Source: Bacteroides uniformis
GTDB taxonomy: Bacteria; Bacillota_I; Bacilli_A; RFN20; CAG-288
NCBI GenBank assembly: GCA_963600815.1
Contig: CAVCCX010000004.1
Coordinates: forward strand, 10,070 to 74,069
DNA: 64,000 bases
Direction of reading: 5' to 3'
The translations under genes were made by a program, and so were the position numbers. Below, one piece after another: positions 28,831 to 38,283 of the stretch. The notes beneath the pieces are model-generated. The model saw only the letters and a program-made list of their open reading frames with translations. It did no database searches and was not told the origin of the DNA. The stretch's first letter is position 1. Each line of letters starts with the position of its first letter.

Positions 28831-30051
28831 TTACCTCTTGAATTTCTTTACGAATCGATAGGAGATCAGCTTGACGGCGATATTTAGGACAAGGTCCATG
28901 ATGAGAATGATGATGGCAACGCCACAGCTGGCATCATAGTTCGGATTCTCTCCCGCACAGAGGGACCAGATGTGGATGGCCAGGGTCGCGGAGTTCTGTG
29001 TGAGGATGATGTTATCCTTGATGGAAGAACCGACTGCATAGATCAGTGCAGCACTTTCGCCGATGATTCTTCCGATGGAGAGCAACACGGCTGTCAGGAT
29101 GCCGGGAAGAGCATTGGGAAGCATGACCTTGAAGATGGTCTGGGTATCACTCGCCCCGAGTGCCAACGACGCGCTCCGAAAGGAAGAAGGAACTGTCTTG
29201 ATGGCTTCAATCGTCGTCTTGATGATGATGGGAAGAAGAAGAATCGCCATCGTCAAGGCGCCCGAGAGAAGAGAGCCGCCGCTTGTCAATCCAAGTCCAT
29301 TCAGAATCGGAACAAAGATGATGGCACCTGCCAAGCCGTAGATGATGGTCGGGATGCCTCCGGCGATATCGATCATCCCCTGAAGGATGTTCTTTACTTT
29401 CTCATTCTTGGCAATCAGACTCAGATAGATGGCTGCTCCGATCCCTAATGGCAATGCAAAGAGAAGGGTGAGGCCAATCATGTAGAGTGTCGAAACAAGG
29501 GATCCTCTGATGCCGCCTCCGGTGGTCGAGATGGTGAATGTCTGTATCTTATCCGCCTTTTGGAAGGCTTTGGCCATCTTTTCGGCACCATCCTTGGCTG
29601 AGGCAATCTCCAGGCTGTCCCCTTGAATCAGAATGGCATTGTCGATTGAGGAAGTCAGCGTGACCTGGAAGAAGGAGCCATCGGCTGAATTCTTCAGTGC
29701 TTTGAACGGCGAGGAATTATCCATATAGCTGATGATGACGATCTTGTCTTTGTTGTTGTCATAGGAATCTTCGAATCCGACACCCCAGTTATCCGCAAAA
29801 TAGACACCGGATATATTGGGATTCTCGAAAGTTCCCTGTGTGACGCTTTCCGAATAGCTCACGGTCGTTGTCTTGACGTTGTAGTCTCCAAAAAGAAAAC
29901 TCGGAGAGAGCATTTTGTATCCCTTGGAAAAGACGAAGACGAGGATGAAGCCGAGGATGCACACGCCGAAGGAAGAGAAAAGATAGGCAAGGGTGTTTCT
30001 TGTCACGTCCTTGAAGGTTCGATATTTTCGATCTTGTTTGTTTGCAATCAT
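28831..30051 (-). CDS. pstA: Phosphate ABC permease PstA with a ~130-aa extracytoplasmic insert after TM1
   Basis: The C-terminal half has the PstA-type EAA-loop region ('LPNALPGILTAVLLSIGRIIGESAAL'). It follows pstC and precedes pstB. Confidence 0.85.
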   Translation of the reverse strand: MIANKQDRKYRTFKDVTRNTLAYLFSSFGVCILGFILVFVFSKGYKMLSPSFLFGDYNVKTTTVSYSESVTQGTFENPNISGVYFADNWGVGFEDSYDNNKDKIVIISYMDNSSPFKALKNSADGSFFQVTLTSSIDNAILIQGDSLEIASAKDGAEKMAKAFQKADKIQTFTISTTGGGIRGSLVSTLYMIGLTLLFALPLGIGAAIYLSLIAKNEKVKNILQGMIDIAGGIPTIIYGLAGAIIFVPILNGLGLTSGGSLLSGALTMAILLLPIIIKTTIEAIKTVPSSFRSASLALGASDTQTIFKVMLPNALPGILTAVLLSIGRIIGESAALIYAVGSSIKDNIILTQNSATLAIHIWSLCAGENPNYDASCGVAIIILIMDLVLNIAVKLISYRFVKKFKR

Positions 30052-31031
30052 TTTCTAGATCCCTTCGAAAGTTTTCGGTTTGCGAATGATAGAATCAGAT
30101 TCGTAATCAGAATGATGAAGATAAGAAGGATACCCACGGAGAAGCGGATGTCGTATTTCAGTCCGGTCGCTTCGCCAAAGCCCTGAAGCATCGTCGTTGT
30201 CAGGGTTCTTGTCGTATCGAAGATATTGAAATTCGGACCGGTTCCCGCATTTCCGCAGACCATGGTGACGGCGGTTGCCTCACCGAGGGCTCTTGAGATG
30301 CCTAGGATCAATCCGGCGAAGATACCGCTTCTTGCACTGGTCAGGACGACTTTGAAATTCGTTTCGCTCTGGCTTGCACCTAAGGCAAGGGAACCGAGTT
30401 CCAGATTTTTATTCACGCTCTTGATGGCTGTGATGGAGAGCATGGTGACGGTGGGAACCGACATCATGGTCAAGACGAGGACGACGGAGAGCGTGGATAA
30501 TCCGCCGGCGGACTGGAAACCAAAGGCTTCGCTTAATCCCTTGACCATCTTTGTCACCCAGGCTTTTCCAAACATGCCGAAGATGACGCTTGGAACGCTG
30601 GCAAGGATTTCGATGATGGCATTGAGGGTGGCACCGACAGGCTTTGGCGACATCTTGACGATGACAAGGGCTGTCAAGATGCTGATCGGTCCGGTCAGAA
30701 GAATCGTCAAAAGAGCGATATAGATTGTATTGAGAATGATAAACCCAGCACCAAACCCTTTGCTTCCAGTCTCTGTCCAGGCCATGCCAGAAAGAAAGAC
30801 CCAGAAATCGACTTTTACCTGTTCGCCATTGACTTCATAGGTGGTGAAGAAAGGCTTGAAGCCCTGTATGGCGATGAAGACGATGATGAAGATGACCGCC
30901 GAGGCACTGACCAAAGCCAGAAGAAACAGCAAAGAACGGACAATGATGTCCGTCTTTGTTTTTCTTTTCGCTAAATTGATTGTGTTCTCTCTTTCAAGAT
31001 GCCTGACTAGGCCACGATTACCTGATTCCAT
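30048..31031 (-). CDS. pstC: Phosphate ABC permease PstC
   Basis: Multi-TM protein containing 'ARSGIFAGLILGISRALGEATAV'. It overlaps pstA by 4 nt and pstS by 25 nt. Confidence 0.85.
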   Translation of the reverse strand: MESGNRGLVRHLERENTINLAKRKTKTDIIVRSLLFLLALVSASAVIFIIVFIAIQGFKPFFTTYEVNGEQVKVDFWVFLSGMAWTETGSKGFGAGFIILNTIYIALLTILLTGPISILTALVIVKMSPKPVGATLNAIIEILASVPSVIFGMFGKAWVTKMVKGLSEAFGFQSAGGLSTLSVVLVLTMMSVPTVTMLSITAIKSVNKNLELGSLALGASQSETNFKVVLTSARSGIFAGLILGISRALGEATAVTMVCGNAGTGPNFNIFDTTRTLTTTMLQGFGEATGLKYDIRFSVGILLIFIILITNLILSFANRKLSKGSRK

Positions 31032-32002
31032 ACTGTTTTCGTTCCGTTGTAGATATCGACGAGTGTTTCAGCCTTTGTTTCCTTGAGCGGATTCTTCTGA
31101 TTGACGACAGCGACAATGGCATCGGTACAGATTTTTCCGCTTGTGCCTTCGGCAGCTGTTTCATTGGATTCGAGTTCTCTTGAAAGGAAACCGATATCGA
31201 GTTTTCCAGTGGCGGCATCTTTCTGGGAACCCTGGGTATGTTTATAGGCATCACCAGATCCAGTATGGTTGTGCTCCGGAGTGAAATTGCCGCACAGGGG
31301 GGCAAAGGCGGCGGTGAGCTTCTTGGCGATTTTTTCGACCGAGGTCGATCCACCAAAGCTGACTTTCACTCCGCTGTTGTCTTCGTTGCAGATCGGATAA
31401 TTGGCTTTGATCTCATCCCAGGATTTATCGGATGTGGAGATGGTTAAGATGCCATCGTTTGCCTTGATGATGGCCTTGGCTGTGCTGGTCTGCATATAGG
31501 CGACAAAGGCTTTGACAATCTGACCGACCTTGGAATCTTCGCTATAGTCATTGCGGATGACATAGTTGAAGTTTCTTGTCAGCTGATAGGTATTGTTCAA
31601 GACATTGGCTTCGCTTGGTTCGACACCTTCATATTTCAATCCGGTCAAGGATGAATTTTCCAAAGAGGAAAGGGAGATGTATCCGATACCATATTCGTCG
31701 TTCTTGATGGCATTGACCATATCGCCGTTGGATGCGACTTCGACATAACCGGTGACGAATTTGGAATTGTCGGTCTTGGCAGAACCATATCCGATCTTCG
31801 TGAAGAAGCCATCGCGGGTACCGCTTGTGGTATCTCTGGTATAGGCTTTGATGGATTTTGTCGTATCGAATGTGGAAGCGGCTGGTGTAGTGCTATTTCC
31901 TTGAGAATTTCCAGTGGAAGAATTCGTTGTGGACTGGCAAGAGACTAATCCGGCAAGAACGAAGAGATAAGCAAGACTTCGACTGACCATTTTTGTTTTC
32001 AT
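31007..32002 (-). CDS. pstS: Phosphate-binding lipoprotein PstS
   Basis: Lipobox 'LAGLVSC' and a PBP-like motif 'DTTSGTRDGFF...GYGS'. It is the first gene of the pst unit. Confidence 0.85.
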   Translation of the reverse strand: MKTKMVSRSLAYLFVLAGLVSCQSTTNSSTGNSQGNSTTPAASTFDTTKSIKAYTRDTTSGTRDGFFTKIGYGSAKTDNSKFVTGYVEVASNGDMVNAIKNDEYGIGYISLSSLENSSLTGLKYEGVEPSEANVLNNTYQLTRNFNYVIRNDYSEDSKVGQIVKAFVAYMQTSTAKAIIKANDGILTISTSDKSWDEIKANYPICNEDNSGVKVSFGGSTSVEKIAKKLTAAFAPLCGNFTPEHNHTGSGDAYKHTQGSQKDAATGKLDIGFLSRELESNETAAEGTSGKICTDAIVAVVNQKNPLKETKAETLVDIYNGTKTVWNQVIVA

Positions 32003-32071
32003 TTTTTCATGTCCTTTATTTTTTACGAGCCTAGTTTAGTCTTTTGCCTCTTTTTCGTTCTATCGTGGTGG

Positions 32072-32098
32072 TGTAAAAAATTGTAAAGAAAATGTAAA
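32072..32098 (-). promoter_or_regulatory. Pho-box-like array of three direct TTTACA hexamers spaced 10 and 11 bp apart
   Basis: On the + strand, tgtaaa occurs at 32072, 32082 and 32093. Read in the pstS direction these are TTTACA, which matches the Bacillus PhoP half-site TT(A/T/C)ACA. The array lies 70-96 nt upstream of the pstS ATG. Confidence 0.55.
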
Positions 32099-32136
32099 TT
32101 CTTCTTTCTATTCCTTCTTTTGGCTATAATAGGGCT

Positions 32137-32742
32137 ATGAAAAACCTGAAAAACGAACAATTGATCGATGAATTTCTTCTCCGTCTGAAAAATGGCGAGG
32201 ATGAAGAAACCGTCAGAAATGATTATGAAAAAGCCTTCGGAAAAACTTCTTTACAATCCCATGTAAAGAGAAATGAGGAAAATTACCTCACGGAGGAAAA
32301 TCCTCTCTTGCTTCTTGCTGAAGAGAATGGTGCCCTTCGTGCGTTGAAGAAAAATATCCGTTTTGATTTTTCAACGCAGGATGATCTTTCTCTCTCTCTT
32401 CTCAAAGAAGAAATCGCTCGACTTGATCAGATAAAATATCATTTCAAGAAAATCGAGAATGTTCTTCTTCCTTTCCTGGATGACGAAACAAAAAAGAAGG
32501 AAATCCTCTCTCGGGAGAAGAATATCCTTCAAAGAATGACTGCTCTGGAAAAAGAAGAAAATCCATTTGCCAATAAGGATGAATGGCTTTCTCTTCTCGA
32601 TGAAATCGAGACAAACATCATCTATGAAAACCATTTTCTTCTTCCCCTGATGGAAGAAAGACTCGATTCCTTCTTATTGAAGGTAATCTGGATTTCCTTT
32701 TTGAACTACAAGACCTGCTTAATCGATCCCGTTTCTTTTTAG
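32137..32742 (+). CDS. Hypothetical protein, DUF438-like N-terminus (tentative)
   Basis: 'LIDEFLLRLKNGEDEETVRNDYEKAFGK' resembles the DUF438 N-terminus. I see no conserved His ligands of the hemerythrin type. Confidence 0.4.
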   Translation: MKNLKNEQLIDEFLLRLKNGEDEETVRNDYEKAFGKTSLQSHVKRNEENYLTEENPLLLLAEENGALRALKKNIRFDFSTQDDLSLSLLKEEIARLDQIKYHFKKIENVLLPFLDDETKKKEILSREKNILQRMTALEKEENPFANKDEWLSLLDEIETNIIYENHFLLPLMEERLDSFLLKVIWISFLNYKTCLIDPVSF

Positions 32743-33240
32743 GAAAGAGGAAAGATCTTCCTTGCTTTTCAGGACAAAACTTCCGATGATGGGCATGCAT
32801 GCTTTTATCTGGATGGTCGTGTTTTCTTTTTGGATATCAGATGGAGAACTTCCAAGTCCACTTCCTTCATGAGTGGAAATCAGATAGACATCCTTCTTTG
32901 TGAAATCGTGATTCTTCACAAAGGTGAGAACAGCCATCGGGCAGGTTTCCCAATAGATGGGGTAACAGAGGATGATTCTTTCAAAAGAGGAGAAATCACT
33001 CTCATCGAAAAGAATCTCCGGTCTTTTGTTCTCTTTCTGGTCTTGGTAGGCTTCTTTTACACAAAGATCATATTCATCGCTATAGGGATGCTTCATTTTG
33101 ATTTCCCTTGTCGTGGAATCTTCGAGAAGCGAATGAAGGATTTCAGTGACAGCCTGGCAATTTCCTTTTTCAAGGTATCCTTTTTTTCCGTTCACCCAGT
33201 TTTCCTTGTTCTTCGAATAATAGGCAATCAATGTTTTCAT
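32719..33240 (-). CDS. Flavodoxin-family protein
   Basis: Starts 'MKTLIAYYSKNKENW' with an AGGAG RBS 7 nt upstream. The 3' end overlaps the convergent gene by 24 nt. Confidence 0.65.
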   Translation of the reverse strand: MKTLIAYYSKNKENWVNGKKGYLEKGNCQAVTEILHSLLEDSTTREIKMKHPYSDEYDLCVKEAYQDQKENKRPEILFDESDFSSFERIILCYPIYWETCPMAVLTFVKNHDFTKKDVYLISTHEGSGLGSSPSDIQKENTTIQIKACMPIIGSFVLKSKEDLSSFLKRNGID

Positions 33241-33268
33241 CTTTTTTCTCCTGGACAATGCGTTGTAT

Positions 33269-33297
33269 TTGTATCATTTTCTTTCTTATTCTATAAT
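33269..33297 (+). promoter_or_regulatory. Promoter TTGTAT-17-TATAAT
   Basis: -35 at 33269-33274 and -10 at 33292-33297. The next ATG (33308) is 10 nt downstream and has no SD. Confidence 0.5.
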
Positions 33298-33307
33298 GAA
33301 TGACGTT

Positions 33308-33964
33308 ATGAAAGCCACTCCTTATTCCATTGTTTATGAGGATGATGAAATCCTCACAGTCTATAAAAATCGTGATGTGCTCACCATCCGCACAAAAGAT
33401 AAAAAGACCTTTTCGCATAACCTTTATCATTATCTCTATCTTTATCTTCAAAAGAAAGGGGAAAGACTCTTCATCGTCCATCGGCTGGACTATGAGACAA
33501 GCGGGCTTCTCGTCTTTGCGAAAAGTGAGGAAATGAAAGAAAAACTGCAGAAAGCCTTTGAGGAAAGAAAAGTCATAAGGGAATATGAAGCCGTGATCAA
33601 GGAAATGATTCCACTTCATGAAAGTTTTACTGTTCGTATGTATCTTAGCGATGGCGAAAATGGAAGGAAAGTCATCAAAACGACAAAAGAAGAAGGAAAG
33701 GAAGCCAACACCGATCTGGTGAGCACGAACTATATCCAGATTGGAACGGCTCTGAAAATCAATATATACACAGGAAGAAGAAACCAGATTCGCTTGGCCA
33801 TCCATGAACTCGGCTATACGCTCTTAGGAGACAAACGTTATTCATCGGATGAAAACAAAAGGATGTATCTCAACAGCTATCACCTTGTCTTTCCCAGTGA
33901 AATCGGCCTGAAGAAGAATGAATTTTATATATCCCCTTTATGGGTCAAGGAGGAAGAAGAATGA
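33308..33964 (+). CDS. RluA-family pseudouridine synthase (no S4 domain)
   Basis: Contains 'HRLDYETSGLLVFAKS' and 'GRRNQIRLAIHELGYTLLGDKRY'. Alternative starts lie at 33296 and 33263. Confidence 0.85.
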   Translation: MKATPYSIVYEDDEILTVYKNRDVLTIRTKDKKTFSHNLYHYLYLYLQKKGERLFIVHRLDYETSGLLVFAKSEEMKEKLQKAFEERKVIREYEAVIKEMIPLHESFTVRMYLSDGENGRKVIKTTKEEGKEANTDLVSTNYIQIGTALKINIYTGRRNQIRLAIHELGYTLLGDKRYSSDENKRMYLNSYHLVFPSEIGLKKNEFYISPLWVKEEEE

Positions 33965-34824
33965 CAAAAATCGAAAACCAGCATTTTACCGGAGAAAGAG
34001 CACTTTTCCGAAGCGAGAATCTTGAGATTCATAACTGCCTTTTTGATGATGGCGAATCCCCCTTGAAGGAATCAAGAAACTGCGTTTTGGACCATGTCAC
34101 CTTCGGATACAAATATCCATTGTGGTATGGAAAAAATCATACGGTGAGAAATTCGACCTTCCTTCTGATGTCCCGCTCCGGACTCTGGTATACTTTCTCC
34201 TCTCGTTTTGAGCATTGCCATATCATTGCTCCGAAGGAATTTCGCAGATGTGAGGATATCTATCTGGAAGATATCATTTTTGATGATGCCAGTGAAACCT
34301 TGTGGACCTGCAGAAAGGTCATTATGAAGGACATCAAGGCGAAAGGCGACTATCTATTGAAGGATAGCAAGGAAGTCGAAGTCAACAATCTCACTTTGGA
34401 TGGGAATTATGCCTTTGATGGCGGAGAAGATATCATCGTTAGAAATTCGACATTGAATACCAAGGATGCTTTCTGGAATTGCAAGAATGTCCTTTTGGAG
34501 AATTGCACCATCATCGGAGAATATTTTGGATGGAATTCCAGTCATGTGACTTTGAGAAACTGCACGATTTCCTCTCATCAGGGATTCTGCTATATGGATG
34601 ATCTTGTCATGGAGAACTGCAAGATCATCGATTCGGATCTCATCTTCGAGTACTGCAGGAATATCAAGGCGGAAATTCTTTCTTCCCTAGGGAGTGTGAA
34701 GAATCCGATTTCGGGAACAATCCGTGCTCTAGGCTATTCTGAAATCATCCGGGATGATGAAAGAGTTGACTTATCGAAAATTCATCTTGAGGTCAAAAAA
34801 GGAGAACACTATGAAGAAATATGA
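33961..34824 (+). CDS. DUF3737-like beta-helix repeat protein
   Basis: Contains 'FTGERALFRSENLEIHNCLFDDGESPLKES...YKYPLWY...SRSGLWYT'. It has an ATGA overlap with the upstream gene. Confidence 0.6.
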   Translation: MTKIENQHFTGERALFRSENLEIHNCLFDDGESPLKESRNCVLDHVTFGYKYPLWYGKNHTVRNSTFLLMSRSGLWYTFSSRFEHCHIIAPKEFRRCEDIYLEDIIFDDASETLWTCRKVIMKDIKAKGDYLLKDSKEVEVNNLTLDGNYAFDGGEDIIVRNSTLNTKDAFWNCKNVLLENCTIIGEYFGWNSSHVTLRNCTISSHQGFCYMDDLVMENCKIIDSDLIFEYCRNIKAEILSSLGSVKNPISGTIRALGYSEIIRDDERVDLSKIHLEVKKGEHYEEI

Positions 34825-35980
34825 TTTTGATGAAATACAGAATCGACGAAATACTTCTTCGACAAAATGGGATATCAAGGAAAACGAGCTTCCGATGTGG
34901 ATTGCCGATATGGATTTCAAGACAGCGCCCAAGATCATCGAGGCGATTTCCTCTCGGGTGAGTCAGGGAATCTTTGGCTATACCGACCAAGATGAAAAAT
35001 GGACCAAAAGCTATGTCGATTTCTATAAAAGAAGACATCATCTCGAATTGAAGGAAGACTGGCTTCTTTTCTCCACGGGTGTTGTCCCGACCATTTCCTC
35101 GAGTGTGAGAAAGCTTACGAATGTCCATGACAATGTCGTCGTCCTTTCTCCGGTCTACAACATTTTCTACAATTCCATCATCAACAATGACCGTGTGGTT
35201 CTTCAGGTTCCGCTTCTTTATGAATATGGAAAATACGAGATCGATTTTCCTGCTCTGGAAGAGGCCTTCAAGAAGGAAGAGACCACGATGATGATCTTCT
35301 GCAATCCGGCAAACCCGATTTCGAAAATATGGAGCCGTGAGGAAATGGAAAGAATCGGTCAGTTGGCGAAGAAATATCATGTCGTCGTGCTCTCCGATGA
35401 GATTCATTGTGAAATCACAAGACCGAGAAAGGAATACATTCCCTATATCAGCGTCAATAAAGACAATGAGCAAAATGCCGTCATGGCCATCTCGGTGACA
35501 AAGGCCTTTAATTTGGCCGGCATCCAGACAAGTTGCATCGTCGTTCCCAATGAAGAACTTAGAAAGAAAGTCTGTCGCCAGATCAATACCGATGAAGTGG
35601 CCGAGGGAAATGCCTTTGCCTATCTTGCGGCTGAGGCAGCCTTGAATGATTCAGAAGATTATCTTGATGAACTGAGAGAATATCTTTTTGAGAATCGGGA
35701 TTATGCAAAGAAATATATCCAAGAGAACATCCCTTCTCTTTCTCTTGTCGATGGCGATGCCACCTATCTTCTCTGGATCTCCCTTGAGAAACTCTGCACG
35801 GATAGTGACGCCTTTGTTTCCTTCTTAAGAAAAGAAACGGGACTGATTCTTTCCAGCGGAAGAGTCTATGGCGGAAATGGTTCTTTCTTTGTGAGAATGA
35901 ATGTGGCCTGCCCAAGAAAAATTCTTGCCGATGGACTGGACCGATTGAGGAAAGGTGTCGATTTGTTTTTGAAAAAATGA
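34811..35980 (+). CDS. PatB/MalY-type PLP-dependent C-S lyase (aminotransferase class I/II)
   Basis: Contains 'NRRNTSSTKWD', 'PMWIADMDFKTAP' and the PLP-lysine context 'SVTKAFNLAG'. GGAG RBS. Confidence 0.85.
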   Translation: MKKYDFDEIQNRRNTSSTKWDIKENELPMWIADMDFKTAPKIIEAISSRVSQGIFGYTDQDEKWTKSYVDFYKRRHHLELKEDWLLFSTGVVPTISSSVRKLTNVHDNVVVLSPVYNIFYNSIINNDRVVLQVPLLYEYGKYEIDFPALEEAFKKEETTMMIFCNPANPISKIWSREEMERIGQLAKKYHVVVLSDEIHCEITRPRKEYIPYISVNKDNEQNAVMAISVTKAFNLAGIQTSCIVVPNEELRKKVCRQINTDEVAEGNAFAYLAAEAALNDSEDYLDELREYLFENRDYAKKYIQENIPSLSLVDGDATYLLWISLEKLCTDSDAFVSFLRKETGLILSSGRVYGGNGSFFVRMNVACPRKILADGLDRLRKGVDLFLKK

Positions 35981-36045
35981 TTTCTCCGCACTGAAAAAAT
36001 CGTGATAAAATATTTTCGTAGAAACCTATAACAGGAGGGGAAAAT

Positions 36046-36672
36046 ATGTCATTGATCATTACGATTGCCCGTGAATTCTCTTCGGGCGGAAGAGAACTGG
36101 GAAGAAGAATTGCCGATGAACTGCATATCGCCTATTATGACAAGGAGATTCTTCAGGATATCGAAAAGAAGACGCCCTATTCCATGTCGTATATCGAGGA
36201 AGTCAGCGAGAACAGACCGATTCTTTTGCCACCCATCAACTATGGTTCTTCCTTTACTTTGTATCCGGATATCTCATTGCAGCAGAGCATCGATGTCCAT
36301 TCGGCCCAGAGTGATATCATCCGTGAATATGCGCTCAAGTCGGATTGCGTCATCATCGGAAGAGGTGCCGACTACATTCTCCGTGATCTGAAGCCGTTCC
36401 GCATCTTTGTCTATTCCGACATGGAAAGCAAGATCGAACGCTGCAAGACAAGAGAAGCCAAGGATGAGCATTTCACCGACAAGCAGCTAGCCAAGAAGAT
36501 CAATTCCATCAACAAGAAGAGAAAAGACTATTACGAATACTATACGGGAAGAAAGTGGGGCAGCAAGGAAAACTACGATATGATGATCAATACCTCCGGA
36601 ATGAATATCAAGGAGATTGCCCATCATCTTGCCACACTCATCAAGGAAATCCAATCCGAACAGCACAAATAG
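36046..36672 (+). CDS. Cytidylate-kinase-like family protein
   Basis: Starts 'IITIAREFSSGGRELGRRIADELHIAYYDKEIL'. AGGAGG RBS. Confidence 0.7.
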   Translation: MSLIITIAREFSSGGRELGRRIADELHIAYYDKEILQDIEKKTPYSMSYIEEVSENRPILLPPINYGSSFTLYPDISLQQSIDVHSAQSDIIREYALKSDCVIIGRGADYILRDLKPFRIFVYSDMESKIERCKTREAKDEHFTDKQLAKKINSINKKRKDYYEYYTGRKWGSKENYDMMINTSGMNIKEIAHHLATLIKEIQSEQHK

Positions 36673-36677
36673 ACTTC

Positions 36678-36705
36678 AGGACTCCCTTTCGCGGAGTCCT
36701 TTTTC
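36678..36705 (+). terminator. Rho-independent terminator
   Basis: Stem aggactcc/ggagtcct with a 7-nt loop and a T-run. Confidence 0.7.
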
Positions 36706-36828
36706 TTGCACTTTTTCCCTGAAAAAGCCCAATATTTTTTAAGTCTCTAAAAAAATATGGTTTTCCTTCGGAAAATGTGAAAAAATAGAGATGTAAGCGT
36801 TATAATATAACGAAAACGGAGGTCTTCT

Positions 36829-38283
36829 ATGAAATATGATGTCGCTCTCATCGGATGCGGAATCACCGGTGCTTCCATCGCCATGGAATTGTCCAAGTAT
36901 GAGCTGAATGTCATTGTCCTGGAAAAGGAAAATGATGTGGCCATGCAGACGACAAAAGCCAATTCTGCCATCATTCATGCCGGATATGATCCAAAGCCTG
37001 GGACATTGATGGCAAAATACAATGTCATGGGTTCTCTTCTCACAAAAGAACTTGCCAAGAAAATCCATTTCCACTACAGCCAGATTGGTTCTTTGGTCAT
37101 TGGAAGAAAAGAGAAGGACAAAGAACTCATCGACACGCTCTACCAGCGAGGTGTTGCCAATGGTGTTGAAGGAATGCGTCTATTGACCAATCGAGAAGAG
37201 ATTCTTTCTCTTGGTGAAACAAATCTTGCCGAGGATATCGACTATGCCCTTTATGCTCCTTCGGCAGCCATTGTTTCTCCATGGGAAATGTGTCTTGGAT
37301 TCATTTCGACGGCTGTCATCAATGGAGCAAAGCTTCTGACTTCCTGCAAAGTCGAGAAAATCACGAAAGAGGAAGATGGATTCCATCTTTCGACATCGAA
37401 GGGAGAAATCGTCTCTTCCTATGTCATCAATGCGGCAGGATTATATGCCGATGATGTCTATAGCAGTCTTTTAGGCCACAAGGAATTCTCGATACAGGCG
37501 GTCAAGGGAGACTATTATCTTTTGGATAAGGATGAGGGAAAACTCTTTTCCCATGTTCTTTTCCAGACACCGTCCAAGGTCGGAAAAGGTGTCTTGGTCT
37601 CACCGACTGTCCATGGAAATCTCATTGTCGGTCCCGATGCCCAGGAAATTGCGGATAAATCCCGTGTCAATGTGACCAAGGAAGGATTGGATACCGTCAA
37701 GGAAAAATCGAAGCTGACCAGCGAAAAGATCAATCTTTTCGACAATATCCGCAACTTTGCCGGAAATCGTGCCACCATTCCAGACTATGATGATTTCTAT
37801 ATCAAGGAAAGCGAAGAATACAAAGGCTTCATCAACTTCGCGGGCATCAAGTCGCCAGGGCTTTCCTCAGCGGCAGCCTTCGGTAGCCTTGCCAAAGAAA
37901 TTCTTTCTTCCTCTGGACTTTCATTTTCAGAGAAGAAGGATTTCCACTATTACGAGCTTCCGACCTACTTCAAGGAACTCTCCTTGGAGGAAAAGGAAAA
38001 GAAAATCAAGGAGAATCCTCTCTATGGCAGAGTCATCTGCCGATGCGAAACCATCACGGAAGGCGAGATTGTCGATTCTCTTCATACACCAGTTCCTGCG
38101 AAGACCATCGATGGCGTAAAAAGAAGAACGAATGCCGGCATGGGCCGCTGTCAAGGCGGGTTCTGCGGACCGAAGGTCTTCGAAATCATCAAAAGAGAAC
38201 TACATCTCCCCTATTCTGAAATCTATCAGGATAAGGAAGGAAGCCAGGTTGTCGTTTCATTGACGAAGGAGGAAGCAGAATGA
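36829..38283 (+). CDS. FAD-dependent oxidoreductase (GlpA/LhgO-like) with a BFD-like [2Fe-2S] domain
   Basis: Contains 'YDVALIGCGITGASIAMEL' and 'CRCETITEGEIVDSL...GRCQGGFCG'. Confidence 0.75.
   Translation: MKYDVALIGCGITGASIAMELSKYELNVIVLEKENDVAMQTTKANSAIIHAGYDPKPGTLMAKYNVMGSLLTKELAKKIHFHYSQIGSLVIGRKEKDKELIDTLYQRGVANGVEGMRLLTNREEILSLGETNLAEDIDYALYAPSAAIVSPWEMCLGFISTAVINGAKLLTSCKVEKITKEEDGFHLSTSKGEIVSSYVINAAGLYADDVYSSLLGHKEFSIQAVKGDYYLLDKDEGKLFSHVLFQTPSKVGKGVLVSPTVHGNLIVGPDAQEIADKSRVNVTKEGLDTVKEKSKLTSEKINLFDNIRNFAGNRATIPDYDDFYIKESEEYKGFINFAGIKSPGLSSAAAFGSLAKEILSSSGLSFSEKKDFHYYELPTYFKELSLEEKEKKIKENPLYGRVICRCETITEGEIVDSLHTPVPAKTIDGVKRRTNAGMGRCQGGFCGPKVFEIIKRELHLPYSEIYQDKEGSQVVVSLTKEEAE

Noticed and set aside
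32830-33805. 157-aa + strand ORF and 211-aa minus-strand ORF
   Set aside because: They are antisense to the flavodoxin gene and the RluA-family gene respectively. The true genes carry family motifs and sensible start signals.
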